A DNA stretch of 64,000 nucleotides from Sphingobacteriales bacterium (GTDB taxonomy: Bacteria > Bacteroidota > Bacteroidia > Chitinophagales > Chitinophagaceae): positions 198,746 to 262,745 of the forward strand of contig SEFP01000004.1 of the NCBI GenBank assembly GCA_004144185.1, written 5' to 3'. A program made the position numbers and the translations under genes. The notes under the pieces are model-generated. The model worked only from the letters and a program-made list of their open reading frames with translations, had not been told where the DNA came from and did no database searches. Position 1 is the first letter of the stretch, and each line of letters begins with the position of its first letter. Shown piece by piece: positions 9,982 to 19,570 of the stretch.

Positions 9982-10839
9982 CTAGTTGTGGAGAGTTAAA
10001 GGAAAGGACTGCTGCGTTTGTCCGTTGGACACGATCGCGAGGTACACTCCAGCCGGATGGCGGCTTACATCCACCGATACGGTGTGTTGAAGGTCGGTTC
10101 CGGAAAGCGTTTCTACCTGGCACAGGTGACCCTGGACATCGAGCAATTGCAGGGTGTAGCTGGCAGTGGTCGGTTGGTCCAGGTGTACCTTCAGTGTTTC
10201 ACGGGCTGGGTTGGGATACAGGCTGAGGCCTTCGATCTGTGGCAGGGTGGCGACGGCACTGGGAATGTCTTCGTCGATGGCGACTACAATATTGTTGGGG
10301 GCATCGCCGGTTGTGCTGCCATTGGTATTGACGGCATTCACCGTCAGGTAAAATTTAACCTGACCGGAGCCTGCTGCCGGAGCCGTCCACAGCACTTCCT
10401 GTGTACCAAAGTTGGAACTGGCCATGAACACCGAGTTGTGTTCGACCAGAGACAGGTTTCCGGAAGCGATGACCCGGGTTCCGGAACCGTTTTGGAATAC
10501 ACCAGCCTGACTGTTGTTGGCCTTCACCGCCGACAGTTGAAATCCAAATCCGCTGGGTGGGGTAGCAGCCGTACTGGTGCCGCCGATGACCAACCGATAC
10601 TGGGTGCCGGGCGTATAGGTGGTGTACGGGCCACCGCTTCCAGAAGCAGCAATGAGAGCGACCGCAGGCCGTGTGCTGGCGTTGTTAGAGGCGTGGCAAC
10701 CCGTTCCGGAACAGTTGCCGGTGCTTCCCGCGCTTCCGGTCCGGTTGCCCAGACCGTTCACGGCCACACCATTGTTGTAAGATGAAAGAGCCAAGGCGCC
10801 TATAGAAAGCGTCAGTAGATAAAGGAGCGGTTTTTTCAT
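9982..10839 (-). CDS. Secreted protein with T9SS C-terminal sorting domain
   Basis: The internal ATG at 10839 gives a signal peptide ([20 protein letters not shown]) and removes the overlap with accC. The C-terminus [16 protein letters not shown]...YLAIV is T9SS-CTD-like. A CSGTGCH motif is present in the N-terminal part. Confidence 0.6.
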   Translation of the reverse strand: MKKPLLYLLTLSIGALALSSYNNGVAVNGLGNRTGSAGSTGNCSGTGCHASNNASTRPAVALIAASGSGGPYTTYTPGTQYRLVIGGTSTAATPPSGFGFQLSAVKANNSQAGVFQNGSGTRVIASGNLSLVEHNSVFMASSNFGTQEVLWTAPAAGSGQVKFYLTVNAVNTNGSTTGDAPNNIVVAIDEDIPSAVATLPQIEGLSLYPNPARETLKVHLDQPTTASYTLQLLDVQGHLCQVETLSGTDLQHTVSVDVSRHPAGVYLAIVSNGQTQQSFPLTLHN

Positions 10840-10882
10840 GAAGGCAGTAGATGAGAGAAGAGCAGCAAAAATGCAGTAAAAA

Positions 10883-12226
10883 TTACTGCATTTTGAATGT
10901 TTCAATAAACTTCGTGGTGAAGTTGCCTTTCCGGAAGTCTTCATTCCGCATCAGTTGCAGGTGAAACGGAATGGTGGTTTTAATGCCTTCAATCACATAT
11001 TCACTCAGCGCCCGCTCCATCGTATTGATGGCTTCTTCGCGCGTTTGCGCTACGGCAATGATTTTGGCAATCATGCTATCATAATATGGCGGAATGGTAT
11101 AGCCCGCGTAAATATGGCTGTCGATCCGTACGCCGTGGCCACCCGGAGTGTGCAGGGTGGTGATGGTACCCGGTGATGGCCGGAAATCGTTGTATGGGTC
11201 TTCGGCGTTGATCCGGCATTCGATGGCATGCATCGCAGGCTCGTAATTCTTTCCGGAAATCTTGATGCCGGCGGCAATCTTGATCTGCTCTTTGATCAGG
11301 TCGAAGGAAATGACTTCTTCGGTCACGCCATGCTCAACCTGAATCCGGGTATTCATTTCCATGAAGTAGAAATTCCGGTGCTTATCCACCAGAAATTCTA
11401 CGGTGCCCACACTTTCGTAGTTGATGGCTGCAGCGGCTTTGATCGCTGCCTCGCCCATGGCTTCGCGGAGTTCCGGTGTCATAAACGGCGAAGGCGATTC
11501 CTCCACCAGCTTCTGGTGCCGCCGCTGAATAGAGCAGTCGCGCTCGCTCAGATGGCAGACGTTTCCGTACTGGTCGCCGGCAATCTGAATTTCGATGTGG
11601 CGGGGCTCTTCAACGAATTTTTCCATGTACACGCCGTCGTTTCCGAAGGACGCACCGGCTTCCGTTTTAGCGGTCGTATAGTTTTTCTCCAGCTCGCTTT
11701 CTTCCCAGACTACACGCATGCCCTTTCCACCACCACCAGCAGTAGCCTTCAGAATGATTGGATACCCCATTTCACCCGCCAGAGTCTTCGCTTCTTCAAC
11801 GCTGTTGAGTAGTGCCTTGGAGCCGGGAATACAAGGCACACCTGCTGCAATCATGGTTTCTTTGGCCGTCATCTTATCACCCATCTTCCGGATCATTTCC
11901 GGGGTGGGGCCGATAAACTTGATGTTGTACTGACCGCAGATTTCAGCAAAGCGGGCATTCTCGGCCAGAAAACCGTAGCCCGGATGAATGGCATCGGCGT
12001 TGGTGATTTCGGCCGCAGCCATGATGTGCGGAATATTCAGATAGCTGTCGCTGCTCTGGGCTTTTCCGATGCACACGGCTTCGTCGGCAAAGCGTACGTG
12101 CAGGGAGTCTTTATCTGCCGTAGAATACACGGCAACCGTCTTGATACCCATTTCGCGGCAGGTACGGATAACCCGGAGGGCAATCTCACCGCGGTTGGCG
12201 ATTAAAATCTTTTTAAACACAAGCAA
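10883..12226 (-). CDS. accC: Acetyl-CoA carboxylase, biotin carboxylase subunit
   Basis: 447 aa. [23 protein letters not shown] and the ATP-grasp motifs are canonical AccC. Confidence 0.95.
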   Translation of the reverse strand: MLVFKKILIANRGEIALRVIRTCREMGIKTVAVYSTADKDSLHVRFADEAVCIGKAQSSDSYLNIPHIMAAAEITNADAIHPGYGFLAENARFAEICGQYNIKFIGPTPEMIRKMGDKMTAKETMIAAGVPCIPGSKALLNSVEEAKTLAGEMGYPIILKATAGGGGKGMRVVWEESELEKNYTTAKTEAGASFGNDGVYMEKFVEEPRHIEIQIAGDQYGNVCHLSERDCSIQRRHQKLVEESPSPFMTPELREAMGEAAIKAAAAINYESVGTVEFLVDKHRNFYFMEMNTRIQVEHGVTEEVISFDLIKEQIKIAAGIKISGKNYEPAMHAIECRINAEDPYNDFRPSPGTITTLHTPGGHGVRIDSHIYAGYTIPPYYDSMIAKIIAVAQTREEAINTMERALSEYVIEGIKTTIPFHLQLMRNEDFRKGNFTTKFIETFKMQ

Positions 12227-12320
12227 AAAATTAAAACCACTAAGACACGAGACCGGTAAGAGCCACTCCTTCAGGAGGAACGCTTTACAGATCGGGTAGC
12301 TTAGTGGTGACTGAAAAAGA

Positions 12321-12791
12321 TTAGATTGGCTCTACGAGGAACAGCGGCTGATCGTATTCAACCGGTGATGCATCGTCCACCAGAACTTTCACAACCCGAC
12401 CGCTGACTTCACTTTCAATTTCGTTGAACAGCTTCATGGCTTCGATGATGCAAACCACCTGACCCGCGCGGATCTCATCGCCTACATTGATAAAGGCAGG
12501 CTTATCGGGAGCGGAGCTGCGGTAGAAGGTGCCAATCATCGGGCTTTTAACGGTCTGTCCGTTTCCGGAAGCCGCAGGGGCTGCTGCCGGCTGAGCTGCC
12601 GGAGCATTCGACGCAGCCATCGGTTGGGACATTGGAGCCGCCTGCATCTGTGGCATTGGGTATGCAACCGGCATTGCAGTGGCAGTTTGCTTCTCAATGG
12701 TGATTTCAAAGTCACCATCTTTAATACGCACTTTGGTAATAGAAGCCTCATCTACCGCTTTGAGCAGCTCCTGAATTTGATTGTATTCCAT
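12321..12791 (-). CDS. accB: Acetyl-CoA carboxylase biotin carboxyl carrier protein
   Basis: [10 protein letters not shown] biotinylation motif with an Ala/Pro-rich linker. I preferred the ATG at 12791 ([10 protein letters not shown]) over the TTG at 12812. Confidence 0.88.
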   Translation of the reverse strand: MEYNQIQELLKAVDEASITKVRIKDGDFEITIEKQTATAMPVAYPMPQMQAAPMSQPMAASNAPAAQPAAAPAASGNGQTVKSPMIGTFYRSSAPDKPAFINVGDEIRAGQVVCIIEAMKLFNEIESEVSGRVVKVLVDDASPVEYDQPLFLVEPI

Positions 12792-12921
12792 AGGTTGTTT
12801 AGAAGAACTCAATTAGAAAATGGCTTAAAGACTCAATAATACAGCGCGGGGCTGACAAATGAAAGCGTTGCCGCCCGGAGTCATCAAGGGTCTTAAAAAT
12901 AAACGTACGCAGGAAAGGTAC

Positions 12922-13488
12922 TTACTCTTTTACCCGCTCCATATACTTACCGGTCTTCGAATCGATCCGGATCAGAGTGCCTTCATCTACAAACAATGGC
13001 ACATTCACCGTAGCACCGGTTTCAACCGTAGCAGGCTTCAGGGTGTTGGTTGCGGTGTCGCCTTTAAGGCCCGGCTCGCTATACGTAACCCGCAGCACAA
13101 CGCTGGTAGGCAGTTCCACGCTCATTGGGATTTCGGTTTCGGTGTTGTACAGCACAAAGCAATCCTGGCCATCTTTGTACAGTTCCGGACGCTCAATCGA
13201 GGTTGTCGGGATGGCGATCTGCTCAAAGGTGTTGTTGTCCATCAGCTGAAAGCCGAAATCATCCTGATACAGAAACTGATGCGGGCGCATTTCAACACGT
13301 ACCGGATAAACAGTTTCGCCGGAGTTCCAGGTCTGCTCGATCGAGCGGCCGTTATCGACGCCTTTGAGCTTGGCCCACACTTTGGCGGCGGCACGGGCGG
13401 TTTTATTTTGTCCAAACTCTACAACGGAATACAAGCTTCCGTCGATTTTGAGAATCATGCCGTTTTTAATGTCTGCAGTTGTTGCCAT
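12922..13488 (-). CDS. efp: Elongation factor P
   Basis: MATTADIKNGMILKIDGSLYSVVEF... is a canonical EF-P N-terminus. I chose the ATG at 13488. Confidence 0.92.
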   Translation of the reverse strand: MATTADIKNGMILKIDGSLYSVVEFGQNKTARAAAKVWAKLKGVDNGRSIEQTWNSGETVYPVRVEMRPHQFLYQDDFGFQLMDNNTFEQIAIPTTSIERPELYKDGQDCFVLYNTETEIPMSVELPTSVVLRVTYSEPGLKGDTATNTLKPATVETGATVNVPLFVDEGTLIRIDSKTGKYMERVKE

Positions 13489-13575
13489 GTAGGGGAATTC
13501 AAAATTCAGCGGCAAAAGTAGGGACAGGGCCTCACCTGCCGAAAAAAAACAGGAATCGTCTGTTCCGGAACGCGA

Positions 13576-14826
13576 TTAGTAATTCCCTGGCGTCCAGACC
13601 TTCCCGTTCAAGATCAGTTGGGCCACCGGATTGTTGCCGAAATCGTACGGGATCAGCGAAACCTGATTCATCGGACGGGTAAGAATCAGATTAGCCTTCT
13701 TACCAAGTGTGATGCTTCCCAGTCTGTCAGACCATTCCAGTGCCGCCGCACCATTGATGGTGATTGAGTTGATGGCTTCATGCGGCGTCATTTTCAGTTG
13801 TGTGCAGGCCAGTGTCAGCAGCAGGTTCATATTTCCGGACGGACAGGAACCGGGGTTATAGTCAGACGCAAGACAGACCGGTAGACCGGCATCAATAATA
13901 GCGCGGGCCGGCTGGTAGGAAATCCCTAAAAAGAAAGCTGCGCCCGGCAACAATACCGGCATCGTGCTACCGGTTTTCAATGCGGCAATCTCGGCTTCAC
14001 CCACACATTCCAGATGATCAACGCTGATCGCCCGGTTCCGGACGCCGGTTTCAACACCACCACTGTGGTGCAGCTGATTGGCGTGAATCTTGGGTTTCAG
14101 GCCGTGTTCCCAGCCCGCTTCGAGCAACCGGTCGGTATCTGCTGTCGAAAAGAATCCTTTTTCGCAGAAGACATCCATGTACTCGGCCAGTCCTTCGCCG
14201 GCGACCTGAGGTAGCATTTCATCGATGATCTGCCGGATGTAGCCTTCATGGTTGTCGCGGAAGGCAGGCGGATAGGCATGCGCTGCCAGAAAGGTGCTGC
14301 GTACCGGAATCGGGGCATGTTCTTTAAGCCGCCGGATGACCCGGAGCATTTTGAGTTCGGTTTCCGGAGTCAGTCCGTAGCCGCTTTTGATTTCGATGGC
14401 ACCGGTGCCCTGCGCCAGCACCTGCTGCAATCGCTGCCAGGCCTGTTCATATAACTGATCTTCGGTAGCGTGTTGCGTTTTAGCGGCCGTAGCCAGAATG
14501 CCGCCGCCACGCCGGGCAATTTCTTCATAGCTCAGTCCACGGATCCGGTTCTCAAACTCGGTTTCGCGGGTCGCCGGAAACACCAGATGGGTATGCGAAT
14601 CGACCCAGGCAGGCAGAACGATGCGGCCGGAACAATCAATCACGGTATCAGCCGTCTGTTCCGGAAGGGTGTGCATCGGACCAAAATCGGCTATCGAATC
14701 GCCATCAATGCGCAACCAGGCATTTGAAATCGTTTGGAACGTATCCATTTCCGAGCCCGCCAGTTGCAGTGTTTCAGGTGGCAGGATGCCGGCTAGGGTC
14801 CCGATGTTGAGAAGTAAAGTATGCAC
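13576..14826 (-). CDS. hutI: Imidazolonepropionase
   Basis: Amidohydrolase motifs are present (WVDSHTHLVF; HANQL; SDYNPGS). The ORF-track version (to 15129) overlaps the upstream esterase gene. I placed the start at the GTG at 14826 (VHTLLLNIGTLAG), so the start is uncertain. Confidence 0.8.
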   Translation of the reverse strand: MHTLLLNIGTLAGILPPETLQLAGSEMDTFQTISNAWLRIDGDSIADFGPMHTLPEQTADTVIDCSGRIVLPAWVDSHTHLVFPATRETEFENRIRGLSYEEIARRGGGILATAAKTQHATEDQLYEQAWQRLQQVLAQGTGAIEIKSGYGLTPETELKMLRVIRRLKEHAPIPVRSTFLAAHAYPPAFRDNHEGYIRQIIDEMLPQVAGEGLAEYMDVFCEKGFFSTADTDRLLEAGWEHGLKPKIHANQLHHSGGVETGVRNRAISVDHLECVGEAEIAALKTGSTMPVLLPGAAFFLGISYQPARAIIDAGLPVCLASDYNPGSCPSGNMNLLLTLACTQLKMTPHEAINSITINGAAALEWSDRLGSITLGKKANLILTRPMNQVSLIPYDFGNNPVAQLILNGKVWTPGNY

Positions 14827-14947
14827 CCTGCGAATGTAGGACGCTGCTTTTTTCCGGAATCCAAAGCAGTGTTTCGAGAAGCAAACGAAAAGCCCGTCGG
14901 AAGAAAGACTACCGACGGGCTTCAGAAAGGCTTTTTTTAAGCTTGGA

Positions 14948-16090
14948 TTATTGTTTTGCGAACCGGCTGTGGTGTTGCTGTTCGCCATGATTGTACTGCA
15001 CCTGATACATCCCGGACGGCAATCCGGACACGTCGATCCGGTTTCCGGAACCATCCAGCACCAGGCTGCCGGTGAGGGTATAGATGCGCACGCGCGACTG
15101 GGCATCAGCTTCCGGAAGCGCCAGTACATTCACACACGGGTTGGGGAATACAGATGAATTGCCTTTCGGGCTGATTGTTGACGTACCCAATCCGCTGGTT
15201 CGGTTGTACGGCCGGAAAAAGCGCCAGATCTCTGCCGAGGCGTTAAAGTCCTGATTGGTAACCAGGCCAGGAACATTATACGGCGCACCCGGCCAGGTAT
15301 GACCGCCATTGGCTACTTTGTAAAATTCCACCGAACTGGTTCCCGCTGCATTGGTCCATACGGAGCGCGTTACCGTACTGCTGTCTGTGGTATTGACATT
15401 CGGAAGAGCTGTAACCGTAGGTGTTGCGGTGCATTGGTTAACCCGCCGCCAGTGAGCAACGACCGAGTCGATCGGTAAACCGTTGCTGTTGCCCCCGTAA
15501 GGTACGGTTGCATCGGCAGTGCCATGAATGTGCAGCGCAGGCATCAGGCCGCTAGGGGAGCAACTATTTTGAACTCCGGGAACGATACTACCGGTAACAG
15601 AAGCAATCGCCGCAATTTTTCCGGACAGATAGCAACCCAGGTAGTCGCTCATGTATCCACCCATACTCATGCCCGTTACATAGGTACGGATCGGGTTGGT
15701 CTGGTAGCGGCGCTGCATAGTATCGATCAAAGCAGAGAGGAAACCAACATCATCCGTGCCGGTAGAGGCGGTCAGCGGAAAGCCGGCATTCCAGTACGTG
15801 ATGCCGAACTGCGCATTGTAAAGCCCCTGTGGATACACCATCAGGAATTTGGCCGTATCAGCAATCGGCATAAAGTTGGAGTACTGCTGTTGCTCCAACG
15901 AGTTAGACCCCAGGCCGTGCAGGTTCAGGATCAGGGGCGCACTGGTCGGCAATGCAGCTGGTACATATACCCGGAAGCTCCGCCATACATTATTGTGTCT
16001 AAAACTGTCTACGACGGTGGTCTGCGCGTTTGCAGCAGGCGTCAGGCCAAGCAGGAGTGCCGCGGCCAGGAAATGTTTAAGTTTTTTCAT
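14948..16090 (-). CDS. Secreted esterase (PHB depolymerase/LpqC-like alpha/beta hydrolase) with T9SS C-terminal domain
   Basis: Signal peptide MKKLKHFLAAALLLGLTPAANAQ, nucleophile elbow GMSMGG, and C-terminal SVFPNPCVNVLAL...GMYQVQY sorting domain. Confidence 0.7.
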   Translation of the reverse strand: MKKLKHFLAAALLLGLTPAANAQTTVVDSFRHNNVWRSFRVYVPAALPTSAPLILNLHGLGSNSLEQQQYSNFMPIADTAKFLMVYPQGLYNAQFGITYWNAGFPLTASTGTDDVGFLSALIDTMQRRYQTNPIRTYVTGMSMGGYMSDYLGCYLSGKIAAIASVTGSIVPGVQNSCSPSGLMPALHIHGTADATVPYGGNSNGLPIDSVVAHWRRVNQCTATPTVTALPNVNTTDSSTVTRSVWTNAAGTSSVEFYKVANGGHTWPGAPYNVPGLVTNQDFNASAEIWRFFRPYNRTSGLGTSTISPKGNSSVFPNPCVNVLALPEADAQSRVRIYTLTGSLVLDGSGNRIDVSGLPSGMYQVQYNHGEQQHHSRFAKQ

Positions 16091-16108
16091 GGGATTGGGG
16101 CGTTGAAG

Positions 16109-16330
16109 TTACCAGATAATCGCCCAGCGACCGTTTTCATCAATGCCATAATCCAGTCCATTGCTCATGGCAAGCACCTCCCGGCCGGTTTTGGGATCGT
16201 TTTTCCGGCTGCGTTCGTACACGCGTACGCCGTTATTTTCGCGGGTCAGGTAGTTGATCAGCGCGGGCAAGGTAGGATCAATATCATGCAGCCACTGGCC
16301 GTCTTCTTCCTTTACAAAGGCACTGCTCAT
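16109..16330 (-). CDS. Small conserved hypothetical protein (73 aa)
   Basis: I chose the ATG at 16330 (MSSAFVKEEDGQW...). The longer TTG-initiated version adds an implausible leader. I do not recognise the family. Confidence 0.4.
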   Translation of the reverse strand: MSSAFVKEEDGQWLHDIDPTLPALINYLTRENNGVRVYERSRKNDPKTGREVLAMSNGLDYGIDENGRWAIIW

Positions 16331-16445
16331 AAGAAATATCGTTTCCGGAAACGTGAAAAACATCGGGCCGTAACAGCGCATTCTATAAAAAAAGCGTCTT
16401 CCATCCGGAAAACGCTTTTTAAGAAGCATGAATTTAAAATGCTAT

Positions 16446-17447
16446 TTATTTCTTGGTGTACATCACCTCTTTCACTGCTTTTACGACCTTAACCACCGAA
16501 GGCAACGCAGCTGCCACCAGATTAGGCGCATAGTGCATATTGGTATCGGTAGAAGTAATGCGGCAGATCGGAGCATCGAGGTAATCAAAGGCGTCTTTCT
16601 GCACCCGGTACGTGATCTCGGAACTCACCGAGCCAAACGGCCATTGCTCTTCCACAATCACCAACCGATTGGTTTTCTTCACGCTTTCGATAATCGTTTG
16701 CCAGTCGAGCGGACGGATGGTGCGCAGGTCGATGACTTCGGCGCTGATTCCTTCTTTTTCCAGTTCTTCGGCCGCGCTCAATGCTACTTTCATCATTTTA
16801 TTGAACGACACCATCGTTACATCGGTGCCTTCGCGTACGATTTTGGCTTTGCCGATCGGAATCAGGTATTCTTCTTCCGGAACATCGCCCATATCGCCGT
16901 ACATCACCTCGCTTTCCATGAATACCACCGGATTTTCATCGCGGATAGCGCTTTTCAGCAACCCTTTGGCGTCGTACGGATTGGAAACGGAGATGACTTT
17001 GATGCCGGGAATGTTGGCATACCAGCTTTCAAAAGCCTGTGAGTGCTGGGCACCCAGCTGACCGGCCGAACCGTTGGGACCGCGGAATACGATCGGGCAT
17101 CCGAAGTGGCCACCGCTCATGGAGCGCATCTTGGCCGCGTGGTTCAGAATCTGGTCCAGCGCCAGTACGGCAAAATTCCAGGTCATGAATTCGACTACCG
17201 GACGGGTACCATTGGAGGCCGCGCCTACAGCAATGGCTGCAAAGCCCAGTTCGGCAATCGGCGTATCAATGATCCGCTTGGCACCAAACTCATCCAGCAT
17301 TCCCTGGCTGACTTTGTACGCGCCATTGTATTGGGCCACTTCTTCACCCATCAGAAACACGCGCTCGTCGCGGCGCATTTCTTCCTGTAGTGCTTCGCGC
17401 AGGGCCTGGCGAAACGGAATAGAACGAGGATTGATATCAGCAGCCAT
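16446..17447 (-). CDS. 2-oxoacid (pyruvate-type) dehydrogenase E1 component, beta subunit
   Basis: 333 aa. The N-terminal (pyrimidine-binding) domain and C-terminal domain are typical of E1-beta (MGEEVAQYNGAYKVSQGMLDEFG...DTPIAE). Confidence 0.9.
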   Translation of the reverse strand: MAADINPRSIPFRQALREALQEEMRRDERVFLMGEEVAQYNGAYKVSQGMLDEFGAKRIIDTPIAELGFAAIAVGAASNGTRPVVEFMTWNFAVLALDQILNHAAKMRSMSGGHFGCPIVFRGPNGSAGQLGAQHSQAFESWYANIPGIKVISVSNPYDAKGLLKSAIRDENPVVFMESEVMYGDMGDVPEEEYLIPIGKAKIVREGTDVTMVSFNKMMKVALSAAEELEKEGISAEVIDLRTIRPLDWQTIIESVKKTNRLVIVEEQWPFGSVSSEITYRVQKDAFDYLDAPICRITSTDTNMHYAPNLVAAALPSVVKVVKAVKEVMYTKK

Positions 17448-17549
17448 TAGGGAAAAAAAGAAACAGTTTTGGAAGTGGTGCGCAAAGATAAAAGGCTATC
17501 CCGGAATGCCGTTGCTTTTCCGGCGTCCGAAACCAGAAAATCCGGTTGC

Positions 17550-18080
17550 TTAGTTTTTGGAAGTCGTTTTCCGGAACTTAATCCAGCTTTCGGCACTAGG
17601 GTCCGGAATCCGCAGCATCAGCGAATCAGCACTCATCGATTCAATGCGCATCTGCAACTGGTCGTCTCCCACGCCTTTAAGAAAACGCTCGTCCAGTATC
17701 AGGATGCTATCGCCTTCAAGGCTGTAGCGGGCACTGTCGGTGCCGTCCGGGTAACTGAAAACGGCCACGCCATCGTTCCGGAACTGAAACCGGGAAGCCG
17801 CTGCACCTGCTTCGTAGCTTTTGCGCAGTTCCGCCAAGGCTGTATAGCCTGCTTTCCGGAACGAATCCAGATTCTGCATCCCGAATTGAGCCAGGTATTG
17901 GTCGGGAGGCGTTTCACGGCCAATGGTATCCAGTACGAACTGCTGCTCCTGAAGCAGCTTCTCGATCCCGGAATTGTAAATGGCTACCCCCTGCCAGCTG
18001 CCTTCCAGTTGAGCGGCCGGATCATTAAGGCGGCAGGAAGCCAGGAAAAGCACGAGAGCCGGAATCCAGTAAATTTTCAT
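17550..18080 (-). CDS. Hypothetical lipoprotein
   Basis: Lipobox in MKIYWIPALVLFLASC. Its start overlaps the upstream stop by 4 nt. Confidence 0.5.
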   Translation of the reverse strand: MKIYWIPALVLFLASCRLNDPAAQLEGSWQGVAIYNSGIEKLLQEQQFVLDTIGRETPPDQYLAQFGMQNLDSFRKAGYTALAELRKSYEAGAAASRFQFRNDGVAVFSYPDGTDSARYSLEGDSILILDERFLKGVGDDQLQMRIESMSADSLMLRIPDPSAESWIKFRKTTSKN

Positions 18081-18967
18081 AGGGAATTGATCAGGCTGCG
18101 GAAATTATCTGCCTGTTGGGCATCTTCAAAGACATTCGTCAGCGCCAGGAAAGTTTTGGGTTTGGCACTCCGGCGCACTACCCGGCTCAGATACCGGAAG
18201 CGTACGGCATCGCCGGTCAGGCTCCGGGCCACAATCCGGGCCTGATCCGGGGTAGGACACTGGTCGCTGTCCATCAGAAAGGTAAGACGTGCTTCCAGGC
18301 CGGCCTGCACCAGAACCTGTCCGTAAAACGTACCAAACTCTTCAATAGTCATTGGCTGGCTGCATCCGGTAGCCGTCAAAACCGGTGGTGCAGAACCCGC
18401 TGCCGGAGTGAGCGTTGGATGGATCACTGGAGGGGGTGTCGGCGTTGTGCGGCCGGTACCGTTAGTTCTGCGGGAGAGTTCCAGATCCGGAATAAAGGCA
18501 GGATCATCGCTGGTGGCGGTGGGCGGGGTGGCTGTTCCCGACGCAACCGCCGTAGAAGACGGCCGTTCCGGAACCGGTTCTGTATTCCGGTCGGGCGCAT
18601 TGTAGCGGTCCTGCGACGCGATATTGCCGGCGGGGATATAGAATTTCTGTTGCAGGTCAAACAAGGCCCAGCCTTCTGAACGCTGCGTCAGCAGAAAGCT
18701 GCGCTGGCTTCCTTCCGGAACCAATAAGGCAAACTTCTGCGGCAAAAATTTATTCTGCTGGAACAAAATTTCCACATTGATGACGCCCGGTGCCAGCCGG
18801 GGCAGGATGCTGTAGTGCTGGCCGTAACGCGGTTGCATTTCGCCTTCCAGCTTCACATAAATCGGGGTTTCTTTGTCGCCCTGGATATAGACGTAGCCAA
18901 ACCGCTGCGCCAGCGCCGCCGCTGCACTACTCAGAACAATTAATAAGGTAATCAGCAGGTATCTCAT
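18077..18967 (-). CDS. Secreted DUF4476-like protein
   Basis: It has a signal peptide, a Pro/Thr-rich linker and a C-terminal domain (CSQPMTIEEFGTFY...RLTFLMDS...VRFRYL) resembling DUF4476 from memory. Confidence 0.45.
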   Translation of the reverse strand: MRYLLITLLIVLSSAAAALAQRFGYVYIQGDKETPIYVKLEGEMQPRYGQHYSILPRLAPGVINVEILFQQNKFLPQKFALLVPEGSQRSFLLTQRSEGWALFDLQQKFYIPAGNIASQDRYNAPDRNTEPVPERPSSTAVASGTATPPTATSDDPAFIPDLELSRRTNGTGRTTPTPPPVIHPTLTPAAGSAPPVLTATGCSQPMTIEEFGTFYGQVLVQAGLEARLTFLMDSDQCPTPDQARIVARSLTGDAVRFRYLSRVVRRSAKPKTFLALTNVFEDAQQADNFRSLINSL

Positions 18968-19464
18968 TCCATCTCAATCAAAACGGTTCCTTTTTCTACT
19001 GCTGTCTTTTCCACAGCCAGTACCGCCTTCACGGTTCCGGACGTCGTGGCTTTGAGTACATTTTCCATTTTCATGGCTTCGAGCACCAGCAGGCCGTCGC
19101 CTTTCTGTACGTCCTGACCGGGAGCAACCAGAATCCGCAGAATCATACCCGGCATCGGTGCTTTTACCGGCTCGACTTTAGCGCCTGCCGCGGTATCCAG
19201 ACCCATCGACTTCAGCAATCGGTCGAGCGGTTCTTCAATAGCCACGGTGTAGGGCCGGTTGTTGATCCGAAGCTGTACGGTTTTAGCGTCGCGATCAATG
19301 GTATCGACCAGTGCCGTGTAACTTTTGCCATCCCGGAGAATAGAAATAACACCATTCGGCAGGACTTCGATTGAAACAGCCGTTTCCGAACTCGCCAACT
19401 GCCACTGACCGTCTGTCTGAGTCAGGTCGTAAGTCGCATCTTCATTTATCTGTACGTGTATCAT
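18964..19464 (-). CDS. Stand-alone biotinyl/lipoyl-domain protein (BCCP-like)
   Basis: C-terminal LVLEAMKMENVL biotin-attachment motif, 166 aa. No carboxylase or carboxyltransferase domain is present. Confidence 0.7.
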   Translation of the reverse strand: MIHVQINEDATYDLTQTDGQWQLASSETAVSIEVLPNGVISILRDGKSYTALVDTIDRDAKTVQLRINNRPYTVAIEEPLDRLLKSMGLDTAAGAKVEPVKAPMPGMILRILVAPGQDVQKGDGLLVLEAMKMENVLKATTSGTVKAVLAVEKTAVEKGTVLIEME

Positions 19465-19502
19465 TCGGTTTTGAAAAAAATCGCTGAAAAGAACGCCGAA
19501 GG

Positions 19503-19510
19503 TACATTTG
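19503..19510 (+). promoter_or_regulatory. Candidate -7 box (TACATTTG)
   Basis: Matches TAnnTTTG. The ATG at 19571 follows after a 60-nt leader that contains a TTCCGGAA-N7-TTCCGGAA dyad. Confidence 0.35.
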
Positions 19511-19570
19511 AACCTATCTGCTTCCGGAAACCGATTTTCCGGAACTCAAAAATCACGTTTTCCCTACGTT

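Noticed and set aside
9261-10226. A 321-aa plus-strand ORF.
   Set aside because: It is antisense to rfbB and to the T9SS protein gene. Its Arg/Gly-rich composition is typical of a shadow ORF in GC-rich coding DNA. The same reasoning applies to 10018-10785, 12859-13521, 15524-16492, 26844-27665, 48860-49543, 52214-52933, 55097-55753 and 56700-57365.
13576-15129. The 517-aa version of the imidazolonepropionase ORF.
   Set aside because: The first 100 or so residues are low-complexity and Cys/Arg-rich. They overlap the 3' end of the upstream esterase gene. HutI similarity begins near the GTG at 14826.
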